Shown one piece after another: positions 38,852-49,387 of a stretch of 64,000 nucleotides of DNA. Source of the stretch: an uncultured Pseudomonadota bacterium (GTDB taxonomy: Bacteria; Oederibacteriota; Muellerivitia; Muellerivitales; Muellerivitaceae); NCBI GenBank assembly GCA_963836235.1, contig CAWIIP010000001.1, positions 416,001-480,000 on the forward strand, given 5' to 3'. The position numbers were made by a program, and so were the translations under genes. Within the stretch, counting starts at the first letter, position 1; every line of letters starts with the position of its first letter. The notes below the pieces were generated by a model. It was not told where the DNA came from and did not search any database. It worked only from the letters and a program-made list of their open reading frames with translations.

Positions 38852-39694
38852 TTAAAGAACAATATTGTCAATCAAGCGAACATTGTCAAGGTAGGCGGCC
38901 AGCGCGATAAGTGTTCCTGGCTTGATTTCCCTGACTTGCTCCAAGGTTTCGGCATTGACCGCTTCCAAGTATTGAAGCTTAACCTTTCGCTCATCGAAGA
39001 TTACTTTTTTTATTTCACCGAGGACCTTTTCCGCTCCGGTTTCACCCAAGTCGACGATGCTCTTCCCCACTTTCAAGGCTTTAAAAAGAACCGGCGCAAC
39101 TTTTCGCGCTTCCAAGGTCAACTTGACGTTTCGGGAGCTCATGGCCAAACCGTCAAGCTCACGGACAATGGGGCACACCACTGTTTCCACAGCCAGGTCA
39201 AGATCCAGAATGACCTTTTTTAAAACCGCGACTTGCTGGGCATCCTTTTGCCCCAAGTAAAGCCGGTCGGGTTGAACGGCACCCAGGAGCTTGACTACAA
39301 CTGTGGCCACGCCATCAAAATGTCCCGGACGATAGGGTGCGCAAAGACTCGCGACGAGGGAACCCTTTATTTTAATTTCCGTGGAATAACCAAGAGGATA
39401 CATATCTTGGTTATTGGGGCTGTAAAGCAAATGAACTTTTTCATTTTTCAGAAACTCCAAATCTTTTTCCAATGTCCTTGGATATTGGGCAAAGTCCTCC
39501 TTGGGGCCGAACTGGAGCGGATTAACGTAAATCGAAACAACCGTAACGCTGTTTTGCTTGCGACAAGTTCGGATTAATTCCAAATGCCCGGCATGAAGCG
39601 CGCCCATGGTTGGTACGAACCCGATGATTTTCCGAGCTTGACGCCATTTCCGGACAAGCGCATGGGCATCGGAAGGTTTCACGGTGGTTTTCAT
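38852..39694 (-). CDS. panC: Pantoate-beta-alanine ligase
   Basis: PTMGALHAGH, RPGHFDGV, GQKDAQQ, AMSSRN, RLIDN. Confidence 0.97.
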   Translation of the reverse strand: MKTTVKPSDAHALVRKWRQARKIIGFVPTMGALHAGHLELIRTCRKQNSVTVVSIYVNPLQFGPKEDFAQYPRTLEKDLEFLKNEKVHLLYSPNNQDMYPLGYSTEIKIKGSLVASLCAPYRPGHFDGVATVVVKLLGAVQPDRLYLGQKDAQQVAVLKKVILDLDLAVETVVCPIVRELDGLAMSSRNVKLTLEARKVAPVLFKALKVGKSIVDLGETGAEKVLGEIKKVIFDERKVKLQYLEAVNAETLEQVREIKPGTLIALAAYLDNVRLIDNIVL

Positions 39695-39715
39695 TGGTGG
39701 CCTTTAAGAGAAGTC

Positions 39716-40504
39716 TTACTTGAGGAATTTTCCGGTTTTTACTTCTTGGGTATATTGTTTGACGGCGTCCCGAATGCTTTCGTGCAGTTTCAGGTAGGCC
39801 TTGGCGTGCTTAGGATGGAAATCCGGGAGCAATCCCAGGAGATCATGAAGGACCTGAACCTGGCCGTCGCAATGCGGTCCCGCACCGATGCCGATTGTCG
39901 GGATATGAAGCGTTGATGTGATTTTTTTCGCCACCTCAGGGGGTATCAATTCCAAAACAATGGAGAAAGCTCCCGCTTTTTCCAAAGCTTTTGCTTGTAG
40001 GAGTAACTTGTTGGCCGTTGCCTTATCCTTGCCTTGCGGGTGATATCCCCCCAATTGATGGACATGCTGGGGGGTGAAACCCACATGACCCATGACGGGA
40101 ATGCCGTTTTCAACCAAAAAAGCCGTCACTTCCGGAGCCTGGGGACACCATTCCAGTTTCACAGCCTGGGCTCCGGCTTCGGCGAGGAATGCTCCGGCGT
40201 TATCCAAAGCCTCTTCCAACTCTAACTGATAGGAAAGAAAGGGCAGGTCCCCGATGAGCAGGGCGTTTTTAACGCCTTTCGCGACAGCCTTTGTATGGTG
40301 AATCATCTCCTCCATCGTTGCCGAAAGGGTATTAGGACGGCCCAGCATTGTCATGGAAAGGCTATCCCCAACCAGGACGGCATCCACACCCGCGGCGTCC
40401 ACTGCCAAAGCCAGGGAGTAATCATAGGCTGTTACGACCGCTAGTTTCTCACCCTGGTCACATTTGTTTTGAAAATCCAAGACGGAGGTTTGTTTTAGGG
40501 ACAT
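39716..40504 (-). CDS. panB: 3-methyl-2-oxobutanoate hydroxymethyltransferase
   Basis: TAYD, LVGDSL, AVKLE, TIGIGAG. Confidence 0.97.
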   Translation of the reverse strand: MSLKQTSVLDFQNKCDQGEKLAVVTAYDYSLALAVDAAGVDAVLVGDSLSMTMLGRPNTLSATMEEMIHHTKAVAKGVKNALLIGDLPFLSYQLELEEALDNAGAFLAEAGAQAVKLEWCPQAPEVTAFLVENGIPVMGHVGFTPQHVHQLGGYHPQGKDKATANKLLLQAKALEKAGAFSIVLELIPPEVAKKITSTLHIPTIGIGAGPHCDGQVQVLHDLLGLLPDFHPKHAKAYLKLHESIRDAVKQYTQEVKTGKFLK

Positions 40505-41148
40505 TATTTTTTCACGCTGACCGGCTGGTAATAAACCGTCCCTTTGGTGACTTTGGCCATGTGGGTCAAAAGATCGTCCAAATCCGCGTCCCGATGGACA
40601 AAGTCGATCTCGCTCGTGTTAACCACCATCAATGGCGTTTCCTGATAGTGAAAGAAATAATAGTTATAGGCCTGGTTCAATTCCGCCAGGTAATCTCCCG
40701 TAATTTGATTTTCAAACTTCCGGCCCCGCATCGATATTCGTTTCAAAAGAACGTCGGTAGAAGCCTGGAGATAGATGACGAAATCGGGCTTTAATACCCG
40801 ACCACCGAGGATGGAATGGATCTGTTCATAAAGCTTTAGCTCGTTATCGTCCAGTGTCAGGTTGGCAAAAATCCGGTCTTTGGCAAAGACGTAGTCGCTC
40901 ACAATGCCTTGTTGGAAAAGGTCGCTTTGGGTCATTTCTTGTTGTTGGCGGTAACGTGACAGAAGGAAAAACATCTGGGTTTGGAAGGCGTGTTTTTTGA
41001 TGTCTTTATAGAACTCGGTAATGAATGGATTTTCTTCGGCGCCTTCCAATACTAGGCGGGAATTCAGCTTTTTAGCGAGGATATCCGCCAAACTGGTTTT
41101 TCCCACGCCAATCGGGCCCTCAATTGCGATGTATTTATGATGAAGCAT
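40504..41148 (-). CDS. Deoxynucleoside kinase
   Basis: IEGPIGVGKTS, QMFFLLSR, KDRIFA; folK-dNK-panB synteny. Confidence 0.9.
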   Translation of the reverse strand: MLHHKYIAIEGPIGVGKTSLADILAKKLNSRLVLEGAEENPFITEFYKDIKKHAFQTQMFFLLSRYRQQQEMTQSDLFQQGIVSDYVFAKDRIFANLTLDDNELKLYEQIHSILGGRVLKPDFVIYLQASTDVLLKRISMRGRKFENQITGDYLAELNQAYNYYFFHYQETPLMVVNTSEIDFVHRDADLDDLLTHMAKVTKGTVYYQPVSVKK

Positions 41149-41635
41149 GGAGTTTAACCTGTGCCAAATCTTTTACTTGTTCTAAAGCTTCTCGCACTGT
41201 TTTACGACTTTTTGGAAGAATAGTTTCCGGTGAAAGTTCCATCAAGGGCACCAAAACATGTCTTCGCAGTTCGAGTCGTGGATGGGGCAAAAGAAGTTCC
41301 GCCCCTTCCAAAACCCAATCGCCATAAAGCAATATGTCCACGTCTAAGGTCCGGGGTCCCCTGAGTATTTCCCTTTGACGTCCCGCCTGAACCTCTAAAA
41401 CCCGAACCCATTCTAGCAAGGTTTCCGGCGCCAAGTCGGTCCGCAATTCTACTACTTGGTTCAAAAACCAGGGTTGGTTAACCAAATCCACCGGTTCGGT
41501 CTCGTAAATTTTAGAAAACCGGACTCCTGCAAAGGATTTTTCGATGGCCTTGCGACCCTGCGCCAAGTGCTTTTCTCTTTCCCCAAGGTTTGAACCCAGC
41601 GACAGGTAAACCATGGCCATAGGGGCTTCTTTCAT
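41135..41635 (-). CDS. folK: 2-amino-4-hydroxy-6-hydroxymethyldihydropteridine diphosphokinase
   Basis: LSLGSNLG, FLNQV, GPRTLDVDIL, LPHP. Confidence 0.96.
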   Translation of the reverse strand: MKEAPMAMVYLSLGSNLGEREKHLAQGRKAIEKSFAGVRFSKIYETEPVDLVNQPWFLNQVVELRTDLAPETLLEWVRVLEVQAGRQREILRGPRTLDVDILLYGDWVLEGAELLLPHPRLELRRHVLVPLMELSPETILPKSRKTVREALEQVKDLAQVKLHASS

Positions 41636-42795
41636 TTCAGCTTTGATAACCTTTGAATGGCTTCTTCCAGTCGGGCCTTGTCAACCGTAATAGTCATCCG
41701 AAAATAGCCTTCACCTTCCTTGCCGAAACCGTTACCTGGAGTTACAACAATACCGGCTTCTTCCAGCACCTTACCGCACCAGTCGGAGGAAGACATGCCA
41801 TTGGGCACCTTAACCCAAAAATAAAAGGCCGCTTCGGGCACATGGAACTGCCAACCCAGTTTTTTTAATCCGGCGGCAAAAACATCCCGGCGTTCTTGGT
41901 AGATTTTGCGAATATTTTCCGTAACCGAATCGGGTGCCTCCAGCGCAGCGATCCCGGCATATTGGACCGGGTTGAAAACGCCCGAATCTAGGTTGCCTTT
42001 CACGTCGGCCAAGGCTTTTACCACGCTCTTATTGCCGACGGCGAAGCCCACCCGCCAGCCAGTCATGTTGAAGGTTTTCGAGAGGGAATGAAATTCGACT
42101 CCGATTTCCTTGGCCCCCGGCAGTTCGAGGAAGCTGACGGGTTTTTTGCCGTCATAGTAGATTTCCGTGTAGGCGGCGTCGTTCGCTACGATCAGGCTAT
42201 ATTTTTGGGCGAAAGCGATGACCTTAGTGAAAAAATCTTTTCCCGCTAGGACCGCAGTGGGGTTGTTGGGCGAATTGGTCCAAATCAACTTGGCCTTCTT
42301 AAGAACTTCGGCCGGGATGGCGTCAAAATCGGGCAAAAAACCGTTCTTTTCCAAAAGCGGCATGAAATAGGATTCACCGCCGGCAAAAAGGGTTCCCGCA
42401 TGGTATACCGGATACCCGGGCGACGGCATCAAAACCACATCTCCTGGGTTGATGATCCCGATGGGTAAATGGCCGATTCCCTCTTTGGAACCAATGAGTG
42501 CCACCACCTCATTCTTTGGGTCCAGCTTGACGCCAAATCGACGGTCATACCAATGGGCGATGGCCTCGCGAAACTTGGGAAGTCCCGGTCCCAAGGGATA
42601 CTGGTGGTTGGCCTTATCCCTGGCGGCTTTATAAAGGGCTTCGACGATGAATTCGGGGGTCGCCAGGTCGGGATCGCCGATGGCCAGGCTGATGATGTCC
42701 ACACCCTTTTCAATGGCGGCCTTTTTCTTCTTGTCCATCTCGATAAAAAGATAGGGCGGCAGTTTTTTCATCCGATCGGCTTGAGGGAAATCCAT
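41632..42795 (-). CDS. dapL: LL-diaminopimelate aminotransferase-like class I/II aminotransferase
   Basis: LPPYLF, IGSKEGIGH, PNNPT, SLSKTFNMTGWRVG; in dap cluster. Confidence 0.8.
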   Translation of the reverse strand: MDFPQADRMKKLPPYLFIEMDKKKKAAIEKGVDIISLAIGDPDLATPEFIVEALYKAARDKANHQYPLGPGLPKFREAIAHWYDRRFGVKLDPKNEVVALIGSKEGIGHLPIGIINPGDVVLMPSPGYPVYHAGTLFAGGESYFMPLLEKNGFLPDFDAIPAEVLKKAKLIWTNSPNNPTAVLAGKDFFTKVIAFAQKYSLIVANDAAYTEIYYDGKKPVSFLELPGAKEIGVEFHSLSKTFNMTGWRVGFAVGNKSVVKALADVKGNLDSGVFNPVQYAGIAALEAPDSVTENIRKIYQERRDVFAAGLKKLGWQFHVPEAAFYFWVKVPNGMSSSDWCGKVLEEAGIVVTPGNGFGKEGEGYFRMTITVDKARLEEAIQRLSKLK

Positions 42796-42809
42796 TCCAT
42801 CCTCCGGTA

Positions 42810-43577
42810 TTAAATAGCGGCAACCTGGTTTCGAAGAACGCCGATGCCTTCCACTTCAACCTCAACCATATCCCCCGGTTTTACGGGCCCAATGCCGGCG
42901 GGAGTCCCCGTGGTAAAAACATCCAGGGGTTCCAGGGTCATGACTTTCGAGGCGAAAGAAAGTAATTCGGCGGTGTTCCATATCCTCATTGAAATCTTGG
43001 AAGATTGCTTCACTTCTCCATTGACCCGGCTCAGGATTTTCTGGCCCTTCTCGACGAAATCCGTCACTAACCATGGGCCCAAGGGACAAAAGCTGTCAAA
43101 ACCCTTGGCGCGGGCCCATTGGCCATCGACCTTTTGCAAATCCCGGGCCGTTACGTCGTTGCAACAGGTAAAACCCCATACCGCTTCCAAAGCTTCTTTA
43201 GGTTCCGCGTTGCGCAGGCGGTGTTTCAGGACCACGGCCAACTCCGCCTCGTAATCCACCCGGGAGGATGAGGGAGGATACAGGATTTTACCTTCGGGTT
43301 TCAATAAAGCGGAGGGGGGTTTCAGAAAAAGAACCGGTTCCCTGTGGTCCTCATGCTTCATTTCCTGAATATGCTCCCGGTAATTCAAACCAACCGCGAC
43401 AATTTTACCGGGAATGGCCGGCGCCAGGAGGTGCTCCGTATGGACCGGGTAGGATTTGGGGTCAAAAGTTTGGTCGTTCCAGGGTTCGTCCGAATGGAAA
43501 AGGCGGTAAGTGTCCCCGGATTCCAACATCATGGCCCATCGGGGCTTGTTGCCATGTAGGAGCCGGGCGATTCTCAT
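42810..43577 (-). CDS. Fumarylacetoacetate hydrolase family protein
   Basis: VGLNY, DYEAEL, NDVTARDLQ, AKGFD, TGTPAG. Confidence 0.92.
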   Translation of the reverse strand: MRIARLLHGNKPRWAMMLESGDTYRLFHSDEPWNDQTFDPKSYPVHTEHLLAPAIPGKIVAVGLNYREHIQEMKHEDHREPVLFLKPPSALLKPEGKILYPPSSSRVDYEAELAVVLKHRLRNAEPKEALEAVWGFTCCNDVTARDLQKVDGQWARAKGFDSFCPLGPWLVTDFVEKGQKILSRVNGEVKQSSKISMRIWNTAELLSFASKVMTLEPLDVFTTGTPAGIGPVKPGDMVEVEVEGIGVLRNQVAAI

Positions 43578-43592
43578 TGAACACCCTATCTC

Positions 43593-43686
43593 ACCACAAA
43601 GCCACAGAGGCACGGTTAAAAGCAAAAAGATTCTGGATGAATTCCATCAATTCTTGCCTTTCGCCGTGCCTCTGTGCCTTTGTGGT
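43593..43686. repeat. Intergenic REP-like inverted-repeat element
   Basis: 23-bp arms ACCACAAAGCCACAGAGGCACGG / CCGTGCCTCTGTGCCTTTGTGGT (22/23 complementary), 48-nt interior. Confidence 0.8.
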
Positions 43687-43701
43687 AAAAATGGTTTTGG
43701 C

Positions 43702-44514
43702 TTATCGAAGACCAAGGACATCCCACATGTCATAGAAACCGTCTTTTTTATTGGAAAGAAACAAGGCCGCTTTCAACGCCCCTTGCGCGAAAGCTTCCCG
43801 GCTATGGGCCCGGTGGGTCAATTCCAGGCGTTCGCCCGGCCCGGCATAAAGAACCGTATGGTCGCCGACGACGTCACCGCCCCGAACCGCGTGAAAACCG
43901 ATTGTCCCCTTTTGACGCTCACCGACCTGCCCTTCCCGTCCGTGGATCGAAATGTCTTTCAAGTTCGCTTTCCAACCCCGGGCGACTGATTCCCCCAGGC
44001 TTAAAGCTGAACCCGAGGGCGCGTCTTTCTTAAAATGATGGTGGGTTTCCAAGATTTCAACGTCATAATCTTGTCCCAGTTTTGCCGCGGCTTCTTCCAC
44101 TAGCGCAAAAAGAAGGTTCATTCCGACGCTCATGTTTGTGGACATAAGAATGGGGATTGTTTTGGCGGCTTCATGAATTTGTTTCTTTTCCGAATCCGAC
44201 AAACCGGTCGTCCCAATCACTAAACCGACACCACAGGCCGCAGCCTCCTTCAAATAACCAAATGTCGCTGCCGGCTGGGTAAAATCGATGAGAACTTGAG
44301 GTTTGGGATTCAGACTGGAAAGGGTAGAATGGATGGAAGCTCTCACGCCAGGCCCTATGGAAGGCAAGGCTTCTGAAAGGTTTTTACCTATGGCCGGATG
44401 AGAGCTGTTTTCCAAGGCCCCGGTGATTTCAAATTGCGGGTTTTTTAAAGCCAGTTCAAGGATGGTGTGGCCCATCCGGCCTGTGGCGCCGGATACGGCG
44501 AGACGAACACTCAT
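43702..44514 (-). CDS. dapB: 4-hydroxy-tetrahydrodipicolinate reductase
   Basis: GATGRMG, IGTTG, ETHHHFKKDAPSG. Confidence 0.97.
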   Translation of the reverse strand: MSVRLAVSGATGRMGHTILELALKNPQFEITGALENSSHPAIGKNLSEALPSIGPGVRASIHSTLSSLNPKPQVLIDFTQPAATFGYLKEAAACGVGLVIGTTGLSDSEKKQIHEAAKTIPILMSTNMSVGMNLLFALVEEAAAKLGQDYDVEILETHHHFKKDAPSGSALSLGESVARGWKANLKDISIHGREGQVGERQKGTIGFHAVRGGDVVGDHTVLYAGPGERLELTHRAHSREAFAQGALKAALFLSNKKDGFYDMWDVLGLR

Positions 44515-45407
44515 CGACTTTTTCCGGCGGTAGCTAAAAGACCATATTTATCCAATAGTTTACGTAATGTTTCTTTTGCATCCGTTGCTAATGGAACCAG
44601 GGGCAGTCGAAACTCTTCGGCTACCTGTTCACGAAGGGCCAATACCGTTTTGATGCCCACTGGGTTTACATCCACATCCCTAATCGCTTTAACCAAATCG
44701 AAATATTTAAAGAAAAGCTCTCGGGATTCATCGATCTTACCTTCAAGGTAACTATGAACGACACGAGAAGTTTCTTGCGGTAAGAGATGGGATGTAACGG
44801 AAATTACACCAACTCCTCCGACCGCCAGAATCGGAAGAGTAATGGTATCGTCACCTGAAATTAAGTCAAAATCCGGTCGGCACAGCGATCTCACTTTAAT
44901 CATTTGTTCTAAATTGCCGCTTGCTTCCTTGACTCCCACAATATTACGGTGACCGGAAAGTTCAGCGATCGTTTCCGGGGTCATATTGATCACTGACCTG
45001 CCCGGAATGTTGTAAAGAACTTGGGGAATATCGACCGCATTGGCAACGGCGGTAAAATGAGCGATTAACCCTTTTTGATTCGGTTTGTTGTAATAAGGCG
45101 AGACTAAAAGGACGGCGTCAGCGCCAGCATCTTTAGCATAGCGGGTGTGATGGATAGCTTCCGCAGTGGAATTGGAACCTGTTCCGGCAATGACTGGTAC
45201 TCTTTTGCGGGCGGTTTTGACCGTGAATGAAATTACTTCATCATGCTCTTTGTCAGTGAGCGTGGGCGACTCGCCTGTTGTTCCACAAGGCACAAGGCCG
45301 TCAATACCTTTAGATATTTGGCTTTCAATCAAGGCTTCAAGGGCGGCGTAGTCTACCTGCCCGTTTTTGAAAGGCGTTACCAACGCCGTGTAAGCACCGC
45401 GAAACAT
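44511..45407 (-). CDS. dapA: 4-hydroxy-tetrahydrodipicolinate synthase
   Basis: GTTGES, PYYNKP, YNIPGR, GVKEA. Confidence 0.97.
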   Translation of the reverse strand: MFRGAYTALVTPFKNGQVDYAALEALIESQISKGIDGLVPCGTTGESPTLTDKEHDEVISFTVKTARKRVPVIAGTGSNSTAEAIHHTRYAKDAGADAVLLVSPYYNKPNQKGLIAHFTAVANAVDIPQVLYNIPGRSVINMTPETIAELSGHRNIVGVKEASGNLEQMIKVRSLCRPDFDLISGDDTITLPILAVGGVGVISVTSHLLPQETSRVVHSYLEGKIDESRELFFKYFDLVKAIRDVDVNPVGIKTVLALREQVAEEFRLPLVPLATDAKETLRKLLDKYGLLATAGKSR

Positions 45408-45430
45408 TTGATTTACCGGTCCTTTGTTCC

Positions 45431-45503
45431 AAAATACAAAACCCCCTGACGGGGGTTGGAGTAGAGTGAAAGCTATACTAGGGAATTTTTCCGGCTATCG
45501 CAA
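45431..45503 (-). promoter_or_regulatory. Candidate dapA promoter followed by a terminator-like leader hairpin
   Basis: TTGCGA-17-TAGTAT, then AACCCCC-gtca-GGGGGTT and T-rich tail. Confidence 0.45.
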
Positions 45504-45523
45504 GTGAACTTTGTGGGACCGGC

Positions 45524-46771
45524 TTACGGTAGGATTTTTTCTAACCGGACCAAATCCTTCCAAGTCTGCCGTTGGCGCGCCACTTGGAAGCGATTGCCCC
45601 GCACCACAATTTCGGGGGCCAGTGGCCGGGAGTTGTAGGTGCTTCCCATCACACTGCCATAGGCACCCGCGGAAAAGACGACGAACAGATCCCCGCGTTT
45701 TGCCAGGGGAAGTTTGCGGTTTTTCGCGAGGAAATCGGTCGATTCACAAATCGGACCCACCACATCCACCGTTTGAACATGCTTTTGGAAGCCTTCGGCG
45801 GGCGCTAGGTGGTGGTAAGCTTCATAAAGGGCTGGCCGTATTAAATCCCCCATGCCAGCATCGACAATATAAAAGGTTTTCTTGCCACTTTTCTTGACAT
45901 AAATCACCCGAGTCAGGATCACACCTGAATTCCCGGAAATAAACCGGCCCAGTTCCAAAATAAGCCTGGCGTTGAGCCTTTTCATTACGGGCAGGACTAA
46001 AGAAGCGTATTGGGAAGCCTTGGGGGGCTTTTCATCCTGGTAATGGATGCCGTAACCGCCGCCCAGGTTCACGTCATAGATGGGGAACCCTTCCCGGCGC
46101 AGTTTCAAAACGATTTGTTCCACAACCCTGGCCGACTTGCCCAAAGGCGAGGTCTGCGTCATTTGGCTTCCTATATGGGCGTGGACGCCCGTCCAACGCA
46201 CCGAAGTGGATTCGCGGACGGTTTTCATCACCTCATCCAGATCCCCCAAAAAAACCCCGAACTTATTCTCTTTTTTTCCCGTGGAAATATAGTGGTGGGT
46301 CAGTGCGTCAATATTCGGATTAAATCGGATGGCGATGGGCGCGATTTTCTTGAGCCTTTTGGCCACGGCGTTGATCGCCAAAATTTCTGGAATGGATTCC
46401 ACATTAAAGTAGCGAATTTCCTCCTTCAAAGCATAAGCGATCTCATCGTCGGTCTTCCCAACACCCGCGAAGATAATCTTACCCGCCGGAACACCTGCCT
46501 TGCGGGCCTTGAACAATTCCCCACCCGAAACTACGTCCGCACCCGAACCCAGCTTGGCCAGAGAATGGATGACCGACAAGTTGTCGTTGGTCTTGATCGA
46601 ATAGGCGACTAAATGCGGTACGGATTTATAGGCATGGTCGACTTCCCGATAACGTGCTTCAAAGGCCGGCAGACTGTAAACATAGCAGGGCGTCCCCACC
46701 TTTTCGGCGATCTTTGACAAGGCTACTCCATCCGAATACCAGCGGTTGTTTTTAAAATGAAATCCGGTCAT
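45524..46771 (-). CDS. lysA: Diaminopimelate decarboxylase
   Basis: YSIKTN, DVVSGGE, HIGSQ, GPICESTD, GAYG. Confidence 0.96.
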   Translation of the reverse strand: MTGFHFKNNRWYSDGVALSKIAEKVGTPCYVYSLPAFEARYREVDHAYKSVPHLVAYSIKTNDNLSVIHSLAKLGSGADVVSGGELFKARKAGVPAGKIIFAGVGKTDDEIAYALKEEIRYFNVESIPEILAINAVAKRLKKIAPIAIRFNPNIDALTHHYISTGKKENKFGVFLGDLDEVMKTVRESTSVRWTGVHAHIGSQMTQTSPLGKSARVVEQIVLKLRREGFPIYDVNLGGGYGIHYQDEKPPKASQYASLVLPVMKRLNARLILELGRFISGNSGVILTRVIYVKKSGKKTFYIVDAGMGDLIRPALYEAYHHLAPAEGFQKHVQTVDVVGPICESTDFLAKNRKLPLAKRGDLFVVFSAGAYGSVMGSTYNSRPLAPEIVVRGNRFQVARQRQTWKDLVRLEKILP

Positions 46772-46778
46772 AAATGCC

Positions 46779-48179
46779 TCACAAGGCTAATCTTTTTTTA
46801 ATTTTGAAGATTTCTTTCCTCAGTAGGGCAGCCTGTTTCAGAACATTCTTGGGAGAAGTTCCTCCAATGGATTTTTTCTGATTGACCGAATGGTGAATTG
46901 AAAGATTTTCAGCTGTTCTTTTTGGGAATAAATCGGAAAACTTGTTTAACTCATGATCGTTTAAATCCTGGATGCGTTTTCCGTGTTCCAGGCAATAGTT
47001 CACCACTTGTCCGACGGCCTCATGGGCTCTTCGGAAAGGCATGCCCTGAGTAACCAAAATATCAGCCAAATCCGTCGCCAAAAGAGTCAAATCTGCGTCG
47101 GCCTTCTCGGCCATTGTTTCCCGTTTGAACTTCACCGAGGCCAAAAAACCGGACATGGTTTTCAGGGAAGATATCACCGTGTCCGCCGAGTCAAAAACGT
47201 AATGCTTGTCTTCCTGCAGATCCCGGTTATAAGACAGAGGCAATCCCTTTAAAACTGTTAAAAGTCCGGTCAAATTAGCGATGGTTCGGCCCGCTTTTCC
47301 CCTGATAAGTTCCGCCACATCCGGATTTTTCTTTTGGGGCATCAAACTGGAACCGGTCGTAAAAGCGTCGTCCATTTCAATAAAGTTGAATTCGGTACTC
47401 GCCCAAAGAATGATGTCTTCGGAAAGTCTCGAAAGATGCATTTGGGTGATCGCCGCGGCCGAAAGAAAATCCACATAAACATCCCGGTCGGAAACCGCGT
47501 CCAGGCTGTTTTGAAGAACCGACTTCAACCCAAGCATTTTTGCCGTCAGCTTGCGGTCAAAGGCATGATTGGTTCCAGCCAAAGCGCCCGAACCTAAAGG
47601 CAGAGCATTCGCCCTGTCCCAAGTGGCAAGAAATCGGTCCATGTCCCGTGTCAACATGAAGGCATAGGCGGCCAGATGATGTCCAAGGGTAATGGGCATG
47701 GCCCTCTGGAGATGAGTATAACCTGGCATGAGAGTATCTTTTTCATCAACCGTAAGACGCGTCAAAAGTTCTACCAAAGTGATCCCAGCTTGGACGGCCT
47801 CCCGAACGGCATGCCGTAAATAAAGGCGGAAATCCGTGGCTACCTGGTCGTTACGGGACCTACCGGTATGAAGTTTGCCGCCTATGGGTCCTATAATCTG
47901 GGTGAGCGCCTTCTCAACCGCCGTGTGAATATCTTCCAAACTGGAATCAAGCGGCAATTTGCCTGATTCGAGAAGGCTTTTCACCTTTTGAAGTCCGGAT
48001 GATAATTTTTTGCCCTCTTGGGACTTTAAAAGCTTAGCTTTTACCAGGGTTTGGACATGGGCCAGGCTTCCCTCAATGTCAAAAGGCGCCAACCGCTGGT
48101 CGAAGGAAATCGACTCGGTAAAGGCCTCTACTTGAGGGTCAGTGGATTTTTTAAACCGTCCTCCCCATGTTTTCTTCAT
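46779..48179 (-). CDS. argH: Argininosuccinate lyase
   Basis: [24 protein letters not shown]. Confidence 0.97.
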   Translation of the reverse strand: MKKTWGGRFKKSTDPQVEAFTESISFDQRLAPFDIEGSLAHVQTLVKAKLLKSQEGKKLSSGLQKVKSLLESGKLPLDSSLEDIHTAVEKALTQIIGPIGGKLHTGRSRNDQVATDFRLYLRHAVREAVQAGITLVELLTRLTVDEKDTLMPGYTHLQRAMPITLGHHLAAYAFMLTRDMDRFLATWDRANALPLGSGALAGTNHAFDRKLTAKMLGLKSVLQNSLDAVSDRDVYVDFLSAAAITQMHLSRLSEDIILWASTEFNFIEMDDAFTTGSSLMPQKKNPDVAELIRGKAGRTIANLTGLLTVLKGLPLSYNRDLQEDKHYVFDSADTVISSLKTMSGFLASVKFKRETMAEKADADLTLLATDLADILVTQGMPFRRAHEAVGQVVNYCLEHGKRIQDLNDHELNKFSDLFPKRTAENLSIHHSVNQKKSIGGTSPKNVLKQAALLRKEIFKIKKRLAL

Positions 48180-49387
48180 TTGGTTTTCCTTTTCACCATG
48201 CCCACCACCTTTAAAGGCAGGCCGAACAAACGGATGAATCCCTCGGCGTCTTTTTGGTTATAAACAGCGTCCTCGCCAAAAGTCGCCAGGTCCTGTTGAT
48301 AGAGGGAATAAACCGATCTGGCGCCGGTCGCGACGACCCTGCCCGGATTCAGTTCGACCCGGACATCGCCAGTCACATTTTTTTGCATCTCCCGATAGTA
48401 GGCTTCCAACGCGTCCCGCAAGGGCGAAAACCACTGGCCGTTATAAACGAGGTCCGCGTATTTTACCGACATCACCTGGCTGTGATGCAGTATGTCCCTT
48501 TCAACGGTCAGGCTTTGCAAAGCCCGATGGGCTTCATACAGAACGGTAGCACCGGGAGATTCGTAAACCCCGCGGCTTTTCATTCCCACCAGCCTGTTTT
48601 CGACGATATCCATCCGGCCGATACCGTAAACGGCGGCTAGTTTGTTCAGTTTTTCAACCAAAGCGACAGCCGTGAGCTTCTTGCCGCTCAATCCGACGGG
48701 TATTCCGGATTTAAAATGAACAATTGCGTTCAAAGGCTTCTTCGGGGCCAATGCCGGATCTTTTGTCGTCAAGAAAACATGTTTCGATGGCGCGTTCCAG
48801 GGATCTTCCAATTCCCCGCCTTCATGGCTTAAGTGCCAGAGATTCCCATCCATGGAATAAGGCCTTTTTTTGGTGACGGGTATTTCAATGCCATGTTTTT
48901 CGGCGTAATCGATGGCGTCCTCGCGGGACTTGATGTCCCACTCCCGCCATGGGGCGATGATCTTCAAATGGGGGGCTAGGGCCATCACCGTCAATTCAAA
49001 ACGGACTTGGTCGTTTCCTTTACCAGTTGCGCCATGGCAAATAGCGTCCGCGCCTTCTTTCAAAGCGGTTTCCACTAATCCTTTTGCGATGACAGGCCTG
49101 GCCAGCGAAGTTCCCAACAAATAGGTTCCCTCGTATTTGGCTTGGGCCCTCAAGGCTGGAAAACAATATTCCTCAAGGAATTCTTTCCGCTGGTCTTTAA
49201 CAACCACCTTGATGGCTCCCGTGTGCAAAGCTTTAGCCCGGGCGGGGCCGACTTCCTTGCCTTGGCCTACATCGGAAATGAAAGCCACGACTTCACACCG
49301 GTAGTTTTCTTTCAGCCAGGGAATAATGACGGAAGTATCGAGCCCTCCGGAATAAGCCAGCACAACCTTTTTCACTTGTGGTCTCAT
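48176..49387 (-). CDS. argG: Argininosuccinate synthase
   Basis: [29 protein letters not shown]. Confidence 0.98.
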   Translation of the reverse strand: MRPQVKKVVLAYSGGLDTSVIIPWLKENYRCEVVAFISDVGQGKEVGPARAKALHTGAIKVVVKDQRKEFLEEYCFPALRAQAKYEGTYLLGTSLARPVIAKGLVETALKEGADAICHGATGKGNDQVRFELTVMALAPHLKIIAPWREWDIKSREDAIDYAEKHGIEIPVTKKRPYSMDGNLWHLSHEGGELEDPWNAPSKHVFLTTKDPALAPKKPLNAIVHFKSGIPVGLSGKKLTAVALVEKLNKLAAVYGIGRMDIVENRLVGMKSRGVYESPGATVLYEAHRALQSLTVERDILHHSQVMSVKYADLVYNGQWFSPLRDALEAYYREMQKNVTGDVRVELNPGRVVATGARSVYSLYQQDLATFGEDAVYNQKDAEGFIRLFGLPLKVVGMVKRKTK

